Notes: a model not told the origin generated them from the sequence alone. A stretch of DNA of 64,000 nt from an uncultured virus (IMG/VR IMGVR_UViG_3300020044_008989) (IMGVR_UViG_3300020044_008989:84421-148420); one strand, 5' to 3'; positions 24,987 to 36,035 are shown, numbered from the stretch's first letter. Program-made: numbers and translations.

Positions 24987-27900
24987 ATGGGATGGGCACA
25001 AGGCTTGCAGCCAGAGAAGCGCAGCGGACACGTTAATAAAGAACTTGCCGAAGTAAAGGGCTTTCTTGAGGAGAAGGACGCCAAACTTTGGTTGGAAAAA
25101 TTCTTTAGAGAAAACCTTGGACTGCTCTCCAAAATTCTTACGGGCGTGGAATTGTTAGAGTTCCAAAGCATGATGATCAAGGCGATGTTCAATGTTGACT
25201 ATTTCCTTGCTATATGTAGTCGTGGCAGCGGAAAGAGCTTTATTTGTGCCATCTTTCTTATCTTGTACGCATCTTTAAATCAGGGAATTAAGATTGGGAT
25301 CATCGCAAATTCATTTCGCCAAGCTCGGCTCTTAATGCAAAAGATCATTGACTTAAGGCAAGACCCAAAGGCCAAATTCTTAGCTCAAATGATTACAGAC
25401 AAGGATATTTCCTTGAAGAACGATGAGTGGGTGATTCGGATTGGCCGTAGTCAATTAATATGTTTACCCACAGGAGATGGCTGCCTAACTCTTTCATCCA
25501 GAACGACTTACGGCGATTCTGGCATAACTAGATTTGCCGACGTTTTCCCGAAAGATATTGATTTGATTGTTGACCATCAAGAATTTTCTTCCGATAAGAA
25601 GATTTGGTCAAATGGCAAATTCCGCACCAGCGATCAGCAGTTTTACAACGGAATTAGAGACACTAAAAGACTAACCACTAAAAGAGGTTTTCAAATCGAA
25701 TCCACGCTAAATCACAAATTTAAGTGTGTCGAGAATGGTAATATTGCTTGGAAAGAAGCGCAGAATTATGTTATTGGTGACAATATTATGATTGATAAAA
25801 GTGTTCGCTGGCATAGTTCCGACACAGAGTTGACCGAGAATGAGTGTTATGCGTTCGGGGCTTTAATTGGAGATGGGTGTTTTGGTAAGGCGAGTGCCGT
25901 TGGTTTTGCGACCCATGATGAAGGAATTATGGACAGGGTGAAATTGGGCACTCCGTTTAAATGGACTCAATGCTCCGACAAAGTTCATTGGCATGGTGGA
26001 GGTGGAGATGAATTGAAATTTAAATACTTAGAAAAATTTAATTTCAAGGATGAGTCTTCATGGAAAACCAAAGACAAACATATTCCCATCCCAGTTCTTC
26101 GCTCTTCCAAAAGTAAAATGTCCGCTTTTATTCGCGGGCTTATGGACACAGATGGCAGCGTCCAGACGCGATCTGACAATGGCAAGGGTTCTCACACACA
26201 GGTATCGTTCTTTAACACATCAGAGCGTCTAATCGACGATCTTCAATACGTTTTACTTCATTATGGAATTGTGTCGAATAAAATATCTCGCCAACGCACT
26301 CATGATAAAAGAGTTGGAGATGTGAATTGGAGTAAATCTTATGAGCTTTATATTAGCGGAGAAAACGTCCTAACGTATGCTAATGAGATTGGTTTTGGAC
26401 TTAAAAGAAAACAAGATACCCTAAATCGTGGTATAGCCAATAAAACTCGATGGATGTCTATTTCTTATGATTCTGTTCCAGTAAACATTAATCTTTTGGA
26501 GGACATTGCTGAAAAATCTGCCCTCCCAAACAAGAGGATGGCTTTCGCTGGCATGGCGAATTTAAGAAGGAAAAAGATTATTACAAAATCTCAACTTAGA
26601 CTCTTTATTGAGAAGTATGAGTTATCTGGAGACGTTAGGATTGAAGGATTGAAACAGCTTGTTTCTGATGGCGTATTTTTTGACTCAATTTCCAGCATCG
26701 AAGATTCCAAAGCCCCAACTGCTGATCTTCACGTCCCAGATGGACACGAATACTGCGCCAATGGATTTTTCTCTCACAACTCCAAGCTTCGCGGTTATCG
26801 CTTTAAGGTAATGGTTATTGATGAGCTTCTTCTTCTTAGTTCTAAACTCATTAATGAAGTTATTCGCCCGTTCCTATCCACCAACACCGATGTCACGGAG
26901 AGAAAAAAGGTGCGCGAGGCCGAAGATATTCTTGTGTCCCAAGGTAAACTGGAAGATAAAGACAGAATCCAATGGGGCAATAATAAATTAATTGGGTTAT
27001 CTTCGGCGTCCTATTCTTTTGAATATCTCAAGACGATGTATGACGAATACGAGAAGGCAATTTTTGAGAAGAGAGCGGATAATGCAAAATATAGCATCTT
27101 CCACATATCCTACGATTGTTTGCCAGCGGAACTTTATGACCAAGCTCTTATTGCGAGCGCCAAAGCTCAAATGAGTGAAGCTCAATTTGGGAGGGAGTTC
27201 ATGAGTCAATTTACAGATGATAGTTCTGGTTATTTTAAAATGTCCAAGATGATTGCCTGTACATATTCGGACGGAGAAGGACAGCCTGTGGAAGCCATGG
27301 GAGAAAAGGGCGCTACTTATATTATTTCTGGAGATATTAGTTGGTCGGAGTCAGACGGTTCGGATGATTTTGTTTTTCATGTAATCAAATATTTCAGAGA
27401 AACGGATATTGGCGTGGTAGTTCATTCTTATGCGCTCCCAGGAACCGCCATGAAAGAGCATATCAAGTATTTCCACTTTCTCTATAAAGCGTTCAGTCCA
27501 GAGTTGATTATTTTCGACTTTATGGGCGGCGTTCAGTTTTTATCGGCGGCAAATGAAAGTGAATTATTTAAGACTGATGGAATCGAAATTAAAACTATTG
27601 ACGTTGAAGTAGAAGACCCCACTAAATATCAAGAGGACTTAAAATCTATTCGCAATATCCATAATCTATCTGATAATAGAATTTGCATACAAAGAAAACC
27701 ATCTGGTAACTTTATTCGTCAGGCGAATGAAATTCTTCAGGCAGCGTTTGATCATAAAAGGCTGATGTTTGCCTCTATGGCGATAGATGATGATTTCGTA
27801 AAACAAACGTCTATGCCCGTGCCAGTGAATGATTTAAAGTTCTTGCGGGAAACTATGACTATTAAACAGAATTCCGTAGATTTTGTGGAAAACCTCAAAG

Positions 27901-28136
27901 ACAACATTAATATGATAAGAACTCAATGCGCTCTTATCGAGGTTGCCAGCACCCCACAAGGGAATCAAACATTTGATTTGCCGCTCAATTTAAAAAGACA
28001 GAGAGGTTCTGGGAAAGCGAGAAAGGATAGTTACTCGGCATTAGTCTTAGGAAACTGGGGCTTACAAATCTATCGGGATATGATGGCAACCCCTAAAGAA
28101 GACGACTACGGAACATTTGAGCCATTTATTTGTTAA
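24987..28136 (+). CDS. terL: Terminase large subunit containing an intein
   Basis: SRGSGKS Walker A, LRGYR..MVIDE Walker B, LSSA, C-terminal RNase H-like nuclease (KDSYSAL); upstream of portal. Confidence 0.93.
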   Translation: MGWAQGLQPEKRSGHVNKELAEVKGFLEEKDAKLWLEKFFRENLGLLSKILTGVELLEFQSMMIKAMFNVDYFLAICSRGSGKSFICAIFLILYASLNQGIKIGIIANSFRQARLLMQKIIDLRQDPKAKFLAQMITDKDISLKNDEWVIRIGRSQLICLPTGDGCLTLSSRTTYGDSGITRFADVFPKDIDLIVDHQEFSSDKKIWSNGKFRTSDQQFYNGIRDTKRLTTKRGFQIESTLNHKFKCVENGNIAWKEAQNYVIGDNIMIDKSVRWHSSDTELTENECYAFGALIGDGCFGKASAVGFATHDEGIMDRVKLGTPFKWTQCSDKVHWHGGGGDELKFKYLEKFNFKDESSWKTKDKHIPIPVLRSSKSKMSAFIRGLMDTDGSVQTRSDNGKGSHTQVSFFNTSERLIDDLQYVLLHYGIVSNKISRQRTHDKRVGDVNWSKSYELYISGENVLTYANEIGFGLKRKQDTLNRGIANKTRWMSISYDSVPVNINLLEDIAEKSALPNKRMAFAGMANLRRKKIITKSQLRLFIEKYELSGDVRIEGLKQLVSDGVFFDSISSIEDSKAPTADLHVPDGHEYCANGFFSHNSKLRGYRFKVMVIDELLLLSSKLINEVIRPFLSTNTDVTERKKVREAEDILVSQGKLEDKDRIQWGNNKLIGLSSASYSFEYLKTMYDEYEKAIFEKRADNAKYSIFHISYDCLPAELYDQALIASAKAQMSEAQFGREFMSQFTDDSSGYFKMSKMIACTYSDGEGQPVEAMGEKGATYIISGDISWSESDGSDDFVFHVIKYFRETDIGVVVHSYALPGTAMKEHIKYFHFLYKAFSPELIIFDFMGGVQFLSAANESELFKTDGIEIKTIDVEVEDPTKYQEDLKSIRNIHNLSDNRICIQRKPSGNFIRQANEILQAAFDHKRLMFASMAIDDDFVKQTSMPVPVNDLKFLRETMTIKQNSVDFVENLKDNINMIRTQCALIEVASTPQGNQTFDLPLNLKRQRGSGKARKDSYSALVLGNWGLQIYRDMMATPKEDDYGTFEPFIC
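25482..26780 (+). mobile_element. Intein with LAGLIDADG homing endonuclease (433 aa)
   Basis: Starts CLTL after GDG, ends FSHN followed by Ser; TLNHKF block B; GALIGDG and FIRGLMDTDG motifs. Confidence 0.95.
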
Positions 28137-28302
28137 TATGAGCGACGAATCGTACTTGGGCCACTTAAAAGAAGAATAGGATTATCTCAAAGAAGTCCTG
28201 TGTCGTTGCTTCTTTGGGCGATTATTATTGGCGGGGCAATATATTGTTGGTTTGAAAGTTGACAATAAGTTACTTTTTGTTGACTTTGTGTAATATGTTT
28301 AT

Positions 28303-30279
28303 ATGTCAAAAAGAAGTTATACGAAGAAAAGCGACTACTGGGAAACAAGATTTTCTTCGAAGCCAGAAACCCAAGAAATTTCTACGGCGGCAACTTTTGA
28401 GCCCGAATCTTTCGGTGATCCATTTGTAGCTTTCGGGTCTGAAATGGCTCGCGCATCGACAAGATCAACGTCGGAAACTTCTGGTGGGCGAATTAATCGC
28501 TCTACAATTACCCCCACGATAGACAAATTCTCTCAGATTCGGCAAATGACTATGCCGTATTCTTACGCTAATGGTTGCGTCAATATGAGAGATGCGGTGG
28601 AACTTACTCAGAAGGCGTATGCTAACGTAGCCACCTACAAGAACGCTGTGGATTTGATGAGCGAGTTCTCGAACACAGAAGTCTATTTAAAATACGGCAG
28701 CAAGGCTTCTAGGGACTTTTTCGCCCGCTGGTTCCGCAAAATTAACCTTTGGAACCTCAAGAAGAATTACTTTCTAGAGTATTTTCGCTCTAGTAATATC
28801 TTTTTGTATCGCGTGGATGGTAAATTCTCCGTCGAAGACTTTCTTAAGCTATCCACGGTTTACGCGGCAGAAGACGGCCTTTCCAATGACGAGATTCCAT
28901 TAAAGTATATCTTGCTTAACCCTTATGACATGGTGGCGAACAACACTGCCGCCTTTACGGGGGAATGTTACGAAAAAGTACTTTCAAAGTCAGAATTGAA
29001 GCGCCTCAAGAACCCTATCACGGACGACGACAAGGAATTACTAAATGGTTTGCCTCAAGACGCCAAGGATTTAATTAAAAAGGGCGCATATTTTTCTGAC
29101 GGCATTCGAATCAAGTTGGACCCCCAGAAGATTCACATGTCCTTTGCCAAGAAGCAGGACTACGAGCCTTTCGCTATTCCTTTCGGGTGGCCAGTGTTGG
29201 AAGACATTAACGCCAAGCTGGAAATGAAACGCGCCGACCAAGCAATTATGCGGACGGTGGAAAACGTCATTCTCTTGATTAAAACAGGGGAAAAGAAAGA
29301 CCAATACGGCGGCGGCATCAATCAAAATAACATTGAAGCCCTAAGAAAGTTGTTCATGAACGGCACTACGGGTCGAACTCTTGTTGCCGATTATACTACG
29401 AGTGCGGATTTCGTTTTGCCCGACCTAAAAAAAGTTCTCGGCCCCGAAAAATATACGATTCTTAATCAAGACATTCGGGAAGGCTTGCAAAATATCATTG
29501 TGGGCGAAGAAAAATACGGAAACACCCAAGCTAAGATTAATGTTTTCCTAGATAAGTTGCGCGAGGCGCGAAATTCTTTCTTGGAGTTTTTGCAGTCTGA
29601 AATTAAGCGCGTGTCTAAGATTATGGGTTTCAGACAGACTCCCGTTGCCACATTTACGGACATTTCCTTACAGGATAACACGGAGCTTATGCGGGTGGCT
29701 AACAGATTGGCCGAGTTGGGCATTCTGACGCCCCAAGAACTCATGCGCGTATTTAAACGTGGCGAGTTCCCAGACGACGATGAAATTGGGTTGGAGCAGG
29801 AGCAGTATATTAAGGATCGTAAGGACAATAAATGGATGCCCCTTTCTCCAGTTCCAATCACGCAGGCACCTCCGCCCGCTCTTGATCCCAACAAAGCTCT
29901 TGCGGGACCGTCTTCTACGAAAAAAACCAAGACGATGACCCCCGCTGGAAGGCCAAGTGGTTCCAAAGCGTCAGTTTCTCTTGAAGCAATTAAAGAAATT
30001 ACCTTGGCCGCGAATAATTTAGAATCTTCTATTTTGGATATGGTGAAAGCCAAGACTGGGACCGAATTAACCGCCGAACAAAAGACTCTCGCCCGCGAAC
30101 TAACTGAGAAGGTCGTGGCGTCGTCAGAACCTTCCTCGTGGAACAGTCGGGCGCTAGAATGTGTTGAAACGCCATCTAAGATTATTGATTTGGTTCCGTC
30201 TGAGGAAATTCAGATTCTTGCGGCGGAGTCTGGGTTGGACGATTATGCGGCGGCTCTGTATGTTTGGGCGGCGCAATAA
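28303..30279 (+). CDS. Portal protein
   Basis: Position between TerL and protease; 658 aa; helical; late promoter. Confidence 0.85.
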   Translation: MSKRSYTKKSDYWETRFSSKPETQEISTAATFEPESFGDPFVAFGSEMARASTRSTSETSGGRINRSTITPTIDKFSQIRQMTMPYSYANGCVNMRDAVELTQKAYANVATYKNAVDLMSEFSNTEVYLKYGSKASRDFFARWFRKINLWNLKKNYFLEYFRSSNIFLYRVDGKFSVEDFLKLSTVYAAEDGLSNDEIPLKYILLNPYDMVANNTAAFTGECYEKVLSKSELKRLKNPITDDDKELLNGLPQDAKDLIKKGAYFSDGIRIKLDPQKIHMSFAKKQDYEPFAIPFGWPVLEDINAKLEMKRADQAIMRTVENVILLIKTGEKKDQYGGGINQNNIEALRKLFMNGTTGRTLVADYTTSADFVLPDLKKVLGPEKYTILNQDIREGLQNIIVGEEKYGNTQAKINVFLDKLREARNSFLEFLQSEIKRVSKIMGFRQTPVATFTDISLQDNTELMRVANRLAELGILTPQELMRVFKRGEFPDDDEIGLEQEQYIKDRKDNKWMPLSPVPITQAPPPALDPNKALAGPSSTKKTKTMTPAGRPSGSKASVSLEAIKEITLAANNLESSILDMVKAKTGTELTAEQKTLARELTEKVVASSEPSSWNSRALECVETPSKIIDLVPSEEIQILAAESGLDDYAAALYVWAAQ

Positions 30280-30318
30280 TTATTTCTCCCAAGGGTTGAG
30301 TTGCCTTTTAAGCTCATG

Positions 30319-30558
30319 CTACTTCCATTCTTCGTTGTTAAAATAACTCGCGCCCAAAGTTTTTAATTCTTGAAGGCGGCTAATAAAATCATCTAGGTCA
30401 CAAATATGAATGCAATCATCGTCGCCATCAAAGATTCTGGTTAAATCTACGCATCCATCCCAAGAGACTTTTGCTTCATACGCCCCTTCGTAATCAAGGC
30501 TTTCTGCCTGAAAAGAGTGTTTAAAGTTGTCGGGGATTATTTTCCAGTGTTTGTTCAT
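30319..30558 (-). CDS. Small hypothetical protein inserted antisense in head module
   Basis: WDGC...HICDLDDFISRL; start 30558 or 30579. Confidence 0.7.
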   Translation of the reverse strand: MNKHWKIIPDNFKHSFQAESLDYEGAYEAKVSWDGCVDLTRIFDGDDDCIHICDLDDFISRLQELKTLGASYFNNEEWK

Positions 30559-30611
30559 TGCCGAGTAAACGTAATCCAAGGGCCAAATCTTTCAATGGTG
30601 TAAATTATTGG

Positions 30612-32147
30612 ATGGTCCCCCTCTTTCGGACAACTTTTGAGTCAGAAATTATTTCCGCGTCTTCATGGAAAGATTCTGAAATTTCTCGTGCTTCCCTTGA
30701 GGGGTTGCGCGGTTTAATCCCCGCAGAGGTAGATTTACAGAAGAACCCCGACCTTATTAGTATCGCCTTTAATGGGTCAGTCGCAAATCTTTGCAACAAG
30801 AATGATGATTGCGTTGGAACGGCGGAATCAATTATCCTCGCAAATACAGCTTTCCACAAGAGCCTCAACCTCGAACACAAGAGCGAAAAGATTGTCGGGC
30901 ACTTGATTACTGCTGGATATTCTTCTTTTGGCGACAATAAAATTCTCACAGAAGATGAGGTTCGCGAAATGGTTGAGCCGTTCAACGTGTCTTTTGGGGC
31001 AGTAGTTTATCGTAAGATTTATCCCGAACTTGGGAATTTGATCATGTCTTCCACTGATCCCAAGAATAAATTCTACAAGAAAATCTCGTCTAGTTTTGAA
31101 GTGGCGTTTAGTGATTATCACTTAGCCGTTGGCAGTAAGAATTTAAAAGAGGCCGAAATAATTTCCGATCCCAAAAAGATCGCCGAACTCCGAAAATACC
31201 TAAAGAAATACGGTGGAAGCGGCGAAACTCCTCAAGGAGAAAAGATATACAGAAAAATAATCGGCGCGAATATTTTAACAGTTGGACATGGCCTAGTCGC
31301 CCGACCCGCTGGGGAAGTATGTGGGCTAATCGCAGACGACGGCAAAAAACAAAAATCTACCGCCACAATCTCCCTCTTTGCGCCCAAGGAAAAAAAATGT
31401 GTAATAATTGACAAGACCCCGAATCATAACATGGACATCGAAGAAACTATCCAAGAAATGGCGGCGAGCGTTAAACAGCTTGTGGCCGAAAATAAAAGCG
31501 AGGAAGCCGTTGCTTCCGTCCGCAAAACCATCGAATCCGCTATCAAGGAGGCAAACAAGGAGTTTATCACCGAGCGCGATAAAGCTCGCACTGATCGCGA
31601 AGCTTCCGAGGCTAAGCTTACTGAACTCTACGCTCAAGTCGAAAAGATGAGCGACAAGATGATGAAGGCTGAACGCAAAATGTACGAAATGGAGGAACAG
31701 AGTCGCGCCGCCAAAACTATGATTCGCTATAATGAGCGCATGGCCGCTATGCAGGACGAATACGAAATGGATGAAGAAGATTGTGCTGTCGTCGCTTCCA
31801 AACTCAAGACTCTTGAAGTCAAGGACGAAGATGAAGCCGACGAAGTGTTCGCCGCTTTCAAGGGTGAAATGAGCAAGTTGTGGAAACACAAAAACAAAAC
31901 CGCCAAAGCTGCCTACCAAAAAGAACTGGACGAAAAAATCCAATCCGAAGTTACCAAGAAACTCGCCGAACTCTCCACCGCTTCAACAGTGAAGGCTGGC
32001 GAAGAAGGTAAGGCTGTTGATGATGCTCTTGATAAGGCCAAAGCATCTGAAGAAAAAAGTGTAAGCAATAATAACGAAAACACTGGTGCCGAAAAAACCC
32101 TCGCAGAACGTTTCGGCTCCGCACTCAAAGTCAACATCTCCCAGTAA
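30612..32147 (+). CDS. Prohead protease / scaffold fusion
   Basis: NxNxD, LNLEH...IVGH, SSSFE protease-like motifs; C-terminal coiled coil; ATG 30612 follows GTGTAA. Confidence 0.8.
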   Translation: MVPLFRTTFESEIISASSWKDSEISRASLEGLRGLIPAEVDLQKNPDLISIAFNGSVANLCNKNDDCVGTAESIILANTAFHKSLNLEHKSEKIVGHLITAGYSSFGDNKILTEDEVREMVEPFNVSFGAVVYRKIYPELGNLIMSSTDPKNKFYKKISSSFEVAFSDYHLAVGSKNLKEAEIISDPKKIAELRKYLKKYGGSGETPQGEKIYRKIIGANILTVGHGLVARPAGEVCGLIADDGKKQKSTATISLFAPKEKKCVIIDKTPNHNMDIEETIQEMAASVKQLVAENKSEEAVASVRKTIESAIKEANKEFITERDKARTDREASEAKLTELYAQVEKMSDKMMKAERKMYEMEEQSRAAKTMIRYNERMAAMQDEYEMDEEDCAVVASKLKTLEVKDEDEADEVFAAFKGEMSKLWKHKNKTAKAAYQKELDEKIQSEVTKKLAELSTASTVKAGEEGKAVDDALDKAKASEEKSVSNNNENTGAEKTLAERFGSALKVNISQ

Positions 32148-32170
32148 CCCACTCTCACTAAAAAACACAT

Positions 32171-32788
32171 ATGGCACGCCGTATCCTACCCTACAACATC
32201 ACGAATCCTTGGGACGTACTTAATCACTACGCTCTTGACGATTTGTACATTAATAACTCGTCCACTGGAACAGGTTTCGGCGATGCTGGCGTCTTTGTGA
32301 CTGTCGGCTCTGGCAACCTTGACTTGGATGCTATCACCTATACCGCTGATACTTTCCTTGGTAAAAAGGATTATCCGTTCATGGGTTATAACAACTACCC
32401 GAAAGTCAGCCTTAAGGTTCGTCCTGCTGCTTCTGGCGATATTCCTCTTGGCATCACTCTCCGTCAGACCGCTGACTACGATGAAAATGGCCAGAAGTTC
32501 ATTTATAACAAACAGGACAAGGCTGAAACCATGCAAATCACAATGCGTGGCGATGCGGTTCCTGTTGCGACAAAGGGCGTTTTCACCTTCTTCCAGACTG
32601 CAATCGACGGTACTCTTACTCTTGGCGCTGGCGTGAAACTCTCTACCACGAGCGGTAAGCTCACTGGTTGTACGGCAACTGATGCTGCTCGCTGCGGTCA
32701 GGTTCTCGGTTCTGGTTCCCGTGGCTCCAATGGCGCTACTAGCCCCGACCTCTATAGTGGTAGCTTCTACCAGATCAAGATCGGCTAA
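32171..32788 (+). CDS. Capsid decoration/cement protein
   Basis: Between scaffold and MCP; Gly/Thr-rich; biased codon usage. Confidence 0.65.
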   Translation: MARRILPYNITNPWDVLNHYALDDLYINNSSTGTGFGDAGVFVTVGSGNLDLDAITYTADTFLGKKDYPFMGYNNYPKVSLKVRPAASGDIPLGITLRQTADYDENGQKFIYNKQDKAETMQITMRGDAVPVATKGVFTFFQTAIDGTLTLGAGVKLSTTSGKLTGCTATDAARCGQVLGSGSRGSNGATSPDLYSGSFYQIKIG

Positions 32789-32825
32789 TTTCATAAGCTC
32801 AACAAATACTACCTCTACTCACTAA

Positions 32826-33974
32826 ATGAAAATTACCTTCGAAAAAAACAACGAGCAGATTGAGCTTCTGAAAGCTATGGCAAGCCGTGACAAAACGGTT
32901 GCTGCCGAAGCCCAGCAAATCTTCGCCGCTTACATGGGTCCAGTCCTTTCGGCTGCTGCTGAACAGGCTCCTATCCTTGGCAACCTTTATACGTCTGTCT
33001 CTTATGACAGCAATGAAGCTCCAAGTCTTCGCACTGATTTGTTCTACGACATTAGCGATGAAAATTTCATAAACGTCTTCAGCTCTACTGCCGCTGGTGG
33101 TCTTGGAACTAATGAAGTCGTGCCAGTCGTTTCTGAAATGTTCGTTCGCACTTACGAACTTAATACCGCGCTCTCCTTTGACCGTCGTATGCTCGCAAAA
33201 TCGCCTAACCTCGATATTGTTGGCCGCACGATGAGCAAGGCTCTCCAGTCCATCCTGTTCCAGATTGAGAACAAATCGGTTGGGCCGCTTATGTCCGCCC
33301 TTGCTAGCGCCTCCACCAACAGTAAGAACCATGTGTTCCGTGCTGCTGTCGCTGGTCGTCTCCTTCCTGATGACTTTAACGCTCTGATCACTCTCAGCAA
33401 GCGCATCTATACTTCCTACATGGGCGGCACTCCTGTTGGTGCTCGTGGTCGCACTACCGACCTCTTCCTCTCCCCCGAGAAGATGGCTCTCCTGCGCGAA
33501 ATGGCCTATCAGCCAATCAACACCAAGACGGCTCCACAGGGTTCCGCCGTCAAAGATGGCCTTGCTGCTCCCGATAAGGTACGCGAGGCTCTCTGGGGCG
33601 CTGCTGACGTGACGACCTTCTATGGTCAGGCGATTCATGAGTTTAACGAATTCGGTATCGGCCAACGTTTCAACACCGTCTTCGATGTTGCCGCTGGTTC
33701 CACCAACTATTCGCAGGCTGACGGCTCCACTGGTTCCGCCGCTTTCGATGGTGCCGCTACTGAGCTTATCCTTGGTATCGACCGCTCCCGCGCTTCCAAC
33801 TCCCTTATCCGCCTTGCGGAAGTGGACGCTGAAGTTGGTTCGGAATTCGTCTTTGAAGTGGACAATCAGTTCGAAACCGCTTCTAGTCGCACCAAAAAGA
33901 TCGGCTACTTTGGAGGTCTTTCTGAAGGGCGCGTGATTTTGGATCGGCGCGTTTTGACAGGTCTTATCGTGTAA
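32826..33974 (+). CDS. Major capsid protein
   Basis: Synteny, 382 aa, strongly biased codon usage, followed by strong terminator. Confidence 0.85.
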   Translation: MKITFEKNNEQIELLKAMASRDKTVAAEAQQIFAAYMGPVLSAAAEQAPILGNLYTSVSYDSNEAPSLRTDLFYDISDENFINVFSSTAAGGLGTNEVVPVVSEMFVRTYELNTALSFDRRMLAKSPNLDIVGRTMSKALQSILFQIENKSVGPLMSALASASTNSKNHVFRAAVAGRLLPDDFNALITLSKRIYTSYMGGTPVGARGRTTDLFLSPEKMALLREMAYQPINTKTAPQGSAVKDGLAAPDKVREALWGAADVTTFYGQAIHEFNEFGIGQRFNTVFDVAAGSTNYSQADGSTGSAAFDGAATELILGIDRSRASNSLIRLAEVDAEVGSEFVFEVDNQFETASSRTKKIGYFGGLSEGRVILDRRVLTGLIV

Positions 33975-33989
33975 TTTCTCTCAACGAGA

Positions 33990-34021
33990 AAGTCCGAGGC
34001 TTAATCGCCTCGGACTTTTTT
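33990..34021 (+). terminator. Intrinsic terminator after MCP
   Basis: AGTCCGAGGC-TTAATC-GCCTCGGACT-TTTTT. Confidence 0.92.
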
Positions 34022-34057
34022 GTGTCTATTTATCGCGATTTGTCTATTATTAATTGT

Positions 34058-34432
34058 ATGAACACTGATCCCCTTGATAATATGGAATCCGCCAACGGCA
34101 AACTTGAAGATTTAAACGACCTTCGTTCTCTGGAGGCTATTTTCGCCACAAAAAGCACGAATATTTACGGCACTACCGATATTCGCATCTTCAAAGAAAA
34201 TATTGAGGGAATGGGAATTGTCGATCTACAGAGTATGGCAGAAAAAATTGGCGTAAACAAGTATCTTTCTGTACCAGAGATTAAAGCGGCGCTCATTCGC
34301 TCCTTTGAGCGTAACGCAGGAACTCACCAACATTCGCTAAATATCCCTAAACGCATTCCGACCCCACAATTTGATAAGAATAATCCAGAGCATCTCTCCC
34401 TAATGAAGTCTCTTGGTATGAAAACTTACTGA
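34058..34432 (+). CDS. Hypothetical protein
   Basis: ATG 34058 after TATTAT motif. Confidence 0.75.
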   Translation: MNTDPLDNMESANGKLEDLNDLRSLEAIFATKSTNIYGTTDIRIFKENIEGMGIVDLQSMAEKIGVNKYLSVPEIKAALIRSFERNAGTHQHSLNIPKRIPTPQFDKNNPEHLSLMKSLGMKTY

Positions 34433-34466
34433 TAGATCATGGGTGGGACTTGCGTTTACTTGATTG

Positions 34467-35483
34467 ATGCCAGCATTATCAATCAGTCAAGACCAGATAT
34501 TAAAAATTAAATCCTTGGGTGAAAAGGGGTTAAGGATTATTGATATTTCTAAGGAAATGGGGCTAAGTCACAGCCTTACAAGCGCGCATTTTCATAAGTT
34601 TTTTCCCAGCAAAAAGAAAAATCCAGACTGGAGTGAGGAAGAAATTGAGCATTTGGAGTCTCTCCTTAAAGAGGGACTTTCTCATTCGGCGATACAAAAG
34701 ATAATAGGAAGAACTCCTTCTGCTATTAGAATTAAGGCCCATCAAATGGGTTTCAAAAGTCAACTTGACCGCGCCATTTATTCTTACGATAAAGACTTCT
34801 GGAACGAACCGAATCCAATTAATTGCGCGCTTGCTGGATTTGTTGCAGCAGATGGTTGTATATCCGTAACTAGCTCTTCTAAGATATTTTTAATTAATTT
34901 GGCAGAAATTGATGCTGGGTATTTGAAAATGTTCGCCCATTTTGTCGGTTCTGACGCCCCATTAAGATACTACGTTGCGCCACATGGCGGCAGAATGGTG
35001 TCTATGCGTTTTACTGCCAACGCTTGGGTTGAACCTCTTGCTGATATTTACAACATCATTCCCGCAAAGACACACAAATTGAAGTTGCCAAACATCCCCT
35101 CTCATTTGATGGATCATTACTTCAAGGGTTTTACTGACGGCGATGGATATTGGGGAGTAGGTAGCAAAGAAAGGTATCTGAATTACTCTGTTGTTGGGGC
35201 TGTCCCAGACGTTATTGAGGCGATTTGCGCTAGGCTCAACGATTTCCCTCAAACGCACGGACCAGTTAAAGTTGGCCGTGATCAAACTGGGTTATATAGA
35301 GTAACAAAAGGCGGACTCGGCGCTGTTGAATTTGCAAAAACACTATACAGTCTCCCATCTCCCTCTCTGTGGCGCAAGCATAAATTAGTTTACGATTTTA
35401 TCGAAAAGAATCCGCGTTACGGCCCGAATATTTTATCGCCGCAAGATCATTACGCATCTCTAGGTTACGAATATGAGCCATAA
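34467..35483 (+). CDS. LAGLIDADG homing endonuclease with N-terminal HTH domains
   Basis: LAGFVAADGCI and YFKGFTDGDG motifs. Confidence 0.88.
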   Translation: MPALSISQDQILKIKSLGEKGLRIIDISKEMGLSHSLTSAHFHKFFPSKKKNPDWSEEEIEHLESLLKEGLSHSAIQKIIGRTPSAIRIKAHQMGFKSQLDRAIYSYDKDFWNEPNPINCALAGFVAADGCISVTSSSKIFLINLAEIDAGYLKMFAHFVGSDAPLRYYVAPHGGRMVSMRFTANAWVEPLADIYNIIPAKTHKLKLPNIPSHLMDHYFKGFTDGDGYWGVGSKERYLNYSVVGAVPDVIEAICARLNDFPQTHGPVKVGRDQTGLYRVTKGGLGAVEFAKTLYSLPSPSLWRKHKLVYDFIEKNPRYGPNILSPQDHYASLGYEYEP

Positions 35484-35498
35484 CGTGTAAATCTTTAC

Positions 35499-35984
35499 AT
35501 GCCCTATAACACTTTCTCAGGACTCGCCAGAGATACCTTCGCTAATGAGTTTGAATCCAACACAGGGATTACAACGTTCTCTCAAATTAGTGGTTGGTAC
35601 GCGGCCAATGTGGGTAGTTTAAATAATCTGCTCCACACAAGCTTCTCTGGAGTTGACCCAGAAATTGACGTAGAAGCGGGCGCGATTTTCGGCATGATGT
35701 ATCTCAGTTCTTACTACGATAGGCAAGCTAGGAACGCTGCACGCGGGGTTATTTCCAGCGCTAATGGAGAGAATATCCTGTCTGTATCAGACGGCGATAA
35801 CAAAATTCAATTCTCCAACAGAAATGAAATCGCCAAAACATTTAGGGGTTTGTCGGCGGACACTACAGCGGCGATTGAAAAGGCGGCGGACAAATATTGT
35901 CTATTTTTGAGTGCTCCAAAGAGTATTAATGGGCTGGACATGGAAATCACGGGTTATGCGTTGGGAAGTTATTATTCGTTGTGA
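35499..35984 (+). CDS. Putative head-tail adaptor
   Basis: Late promoter; position; size. Confidence 0.55.
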   Translation: MPYNTFSGLARDTFANEFESNTGITTFSQISGWYAANVGSLNNLLHTSFSGVDPEIDVEAGAIFGMMYLSSYYDRQARNAARGVISSANGENILSVSDGDNKIQFSNRNEIAKTFRGLSADTTAAIEKAADKYCLFLSAPKSINGLDMEITGYALGSYYSL

Positions 35985-36000
35985 TACCCGACAACTAGCG

Positions 36001-36035
36001 GCCCGCCTCAGTTAAGAGGCGGGCCTATTTTTTTC
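36001..36035 (+). terminator. Intrinsic terminator
   Basis: GGCCCGCCTC-AGTTAA-GAGGCGGGCC-TATTTTTTT. Confidence 0.9.

Noticed and set aside
32186-33665. Long antisense ORFs over the decoration, capsid, scaffold and tape measure genes
   Set aside because: Shadow ORFs caused by strong codon bias on the coding strand; no motifs or promoters.
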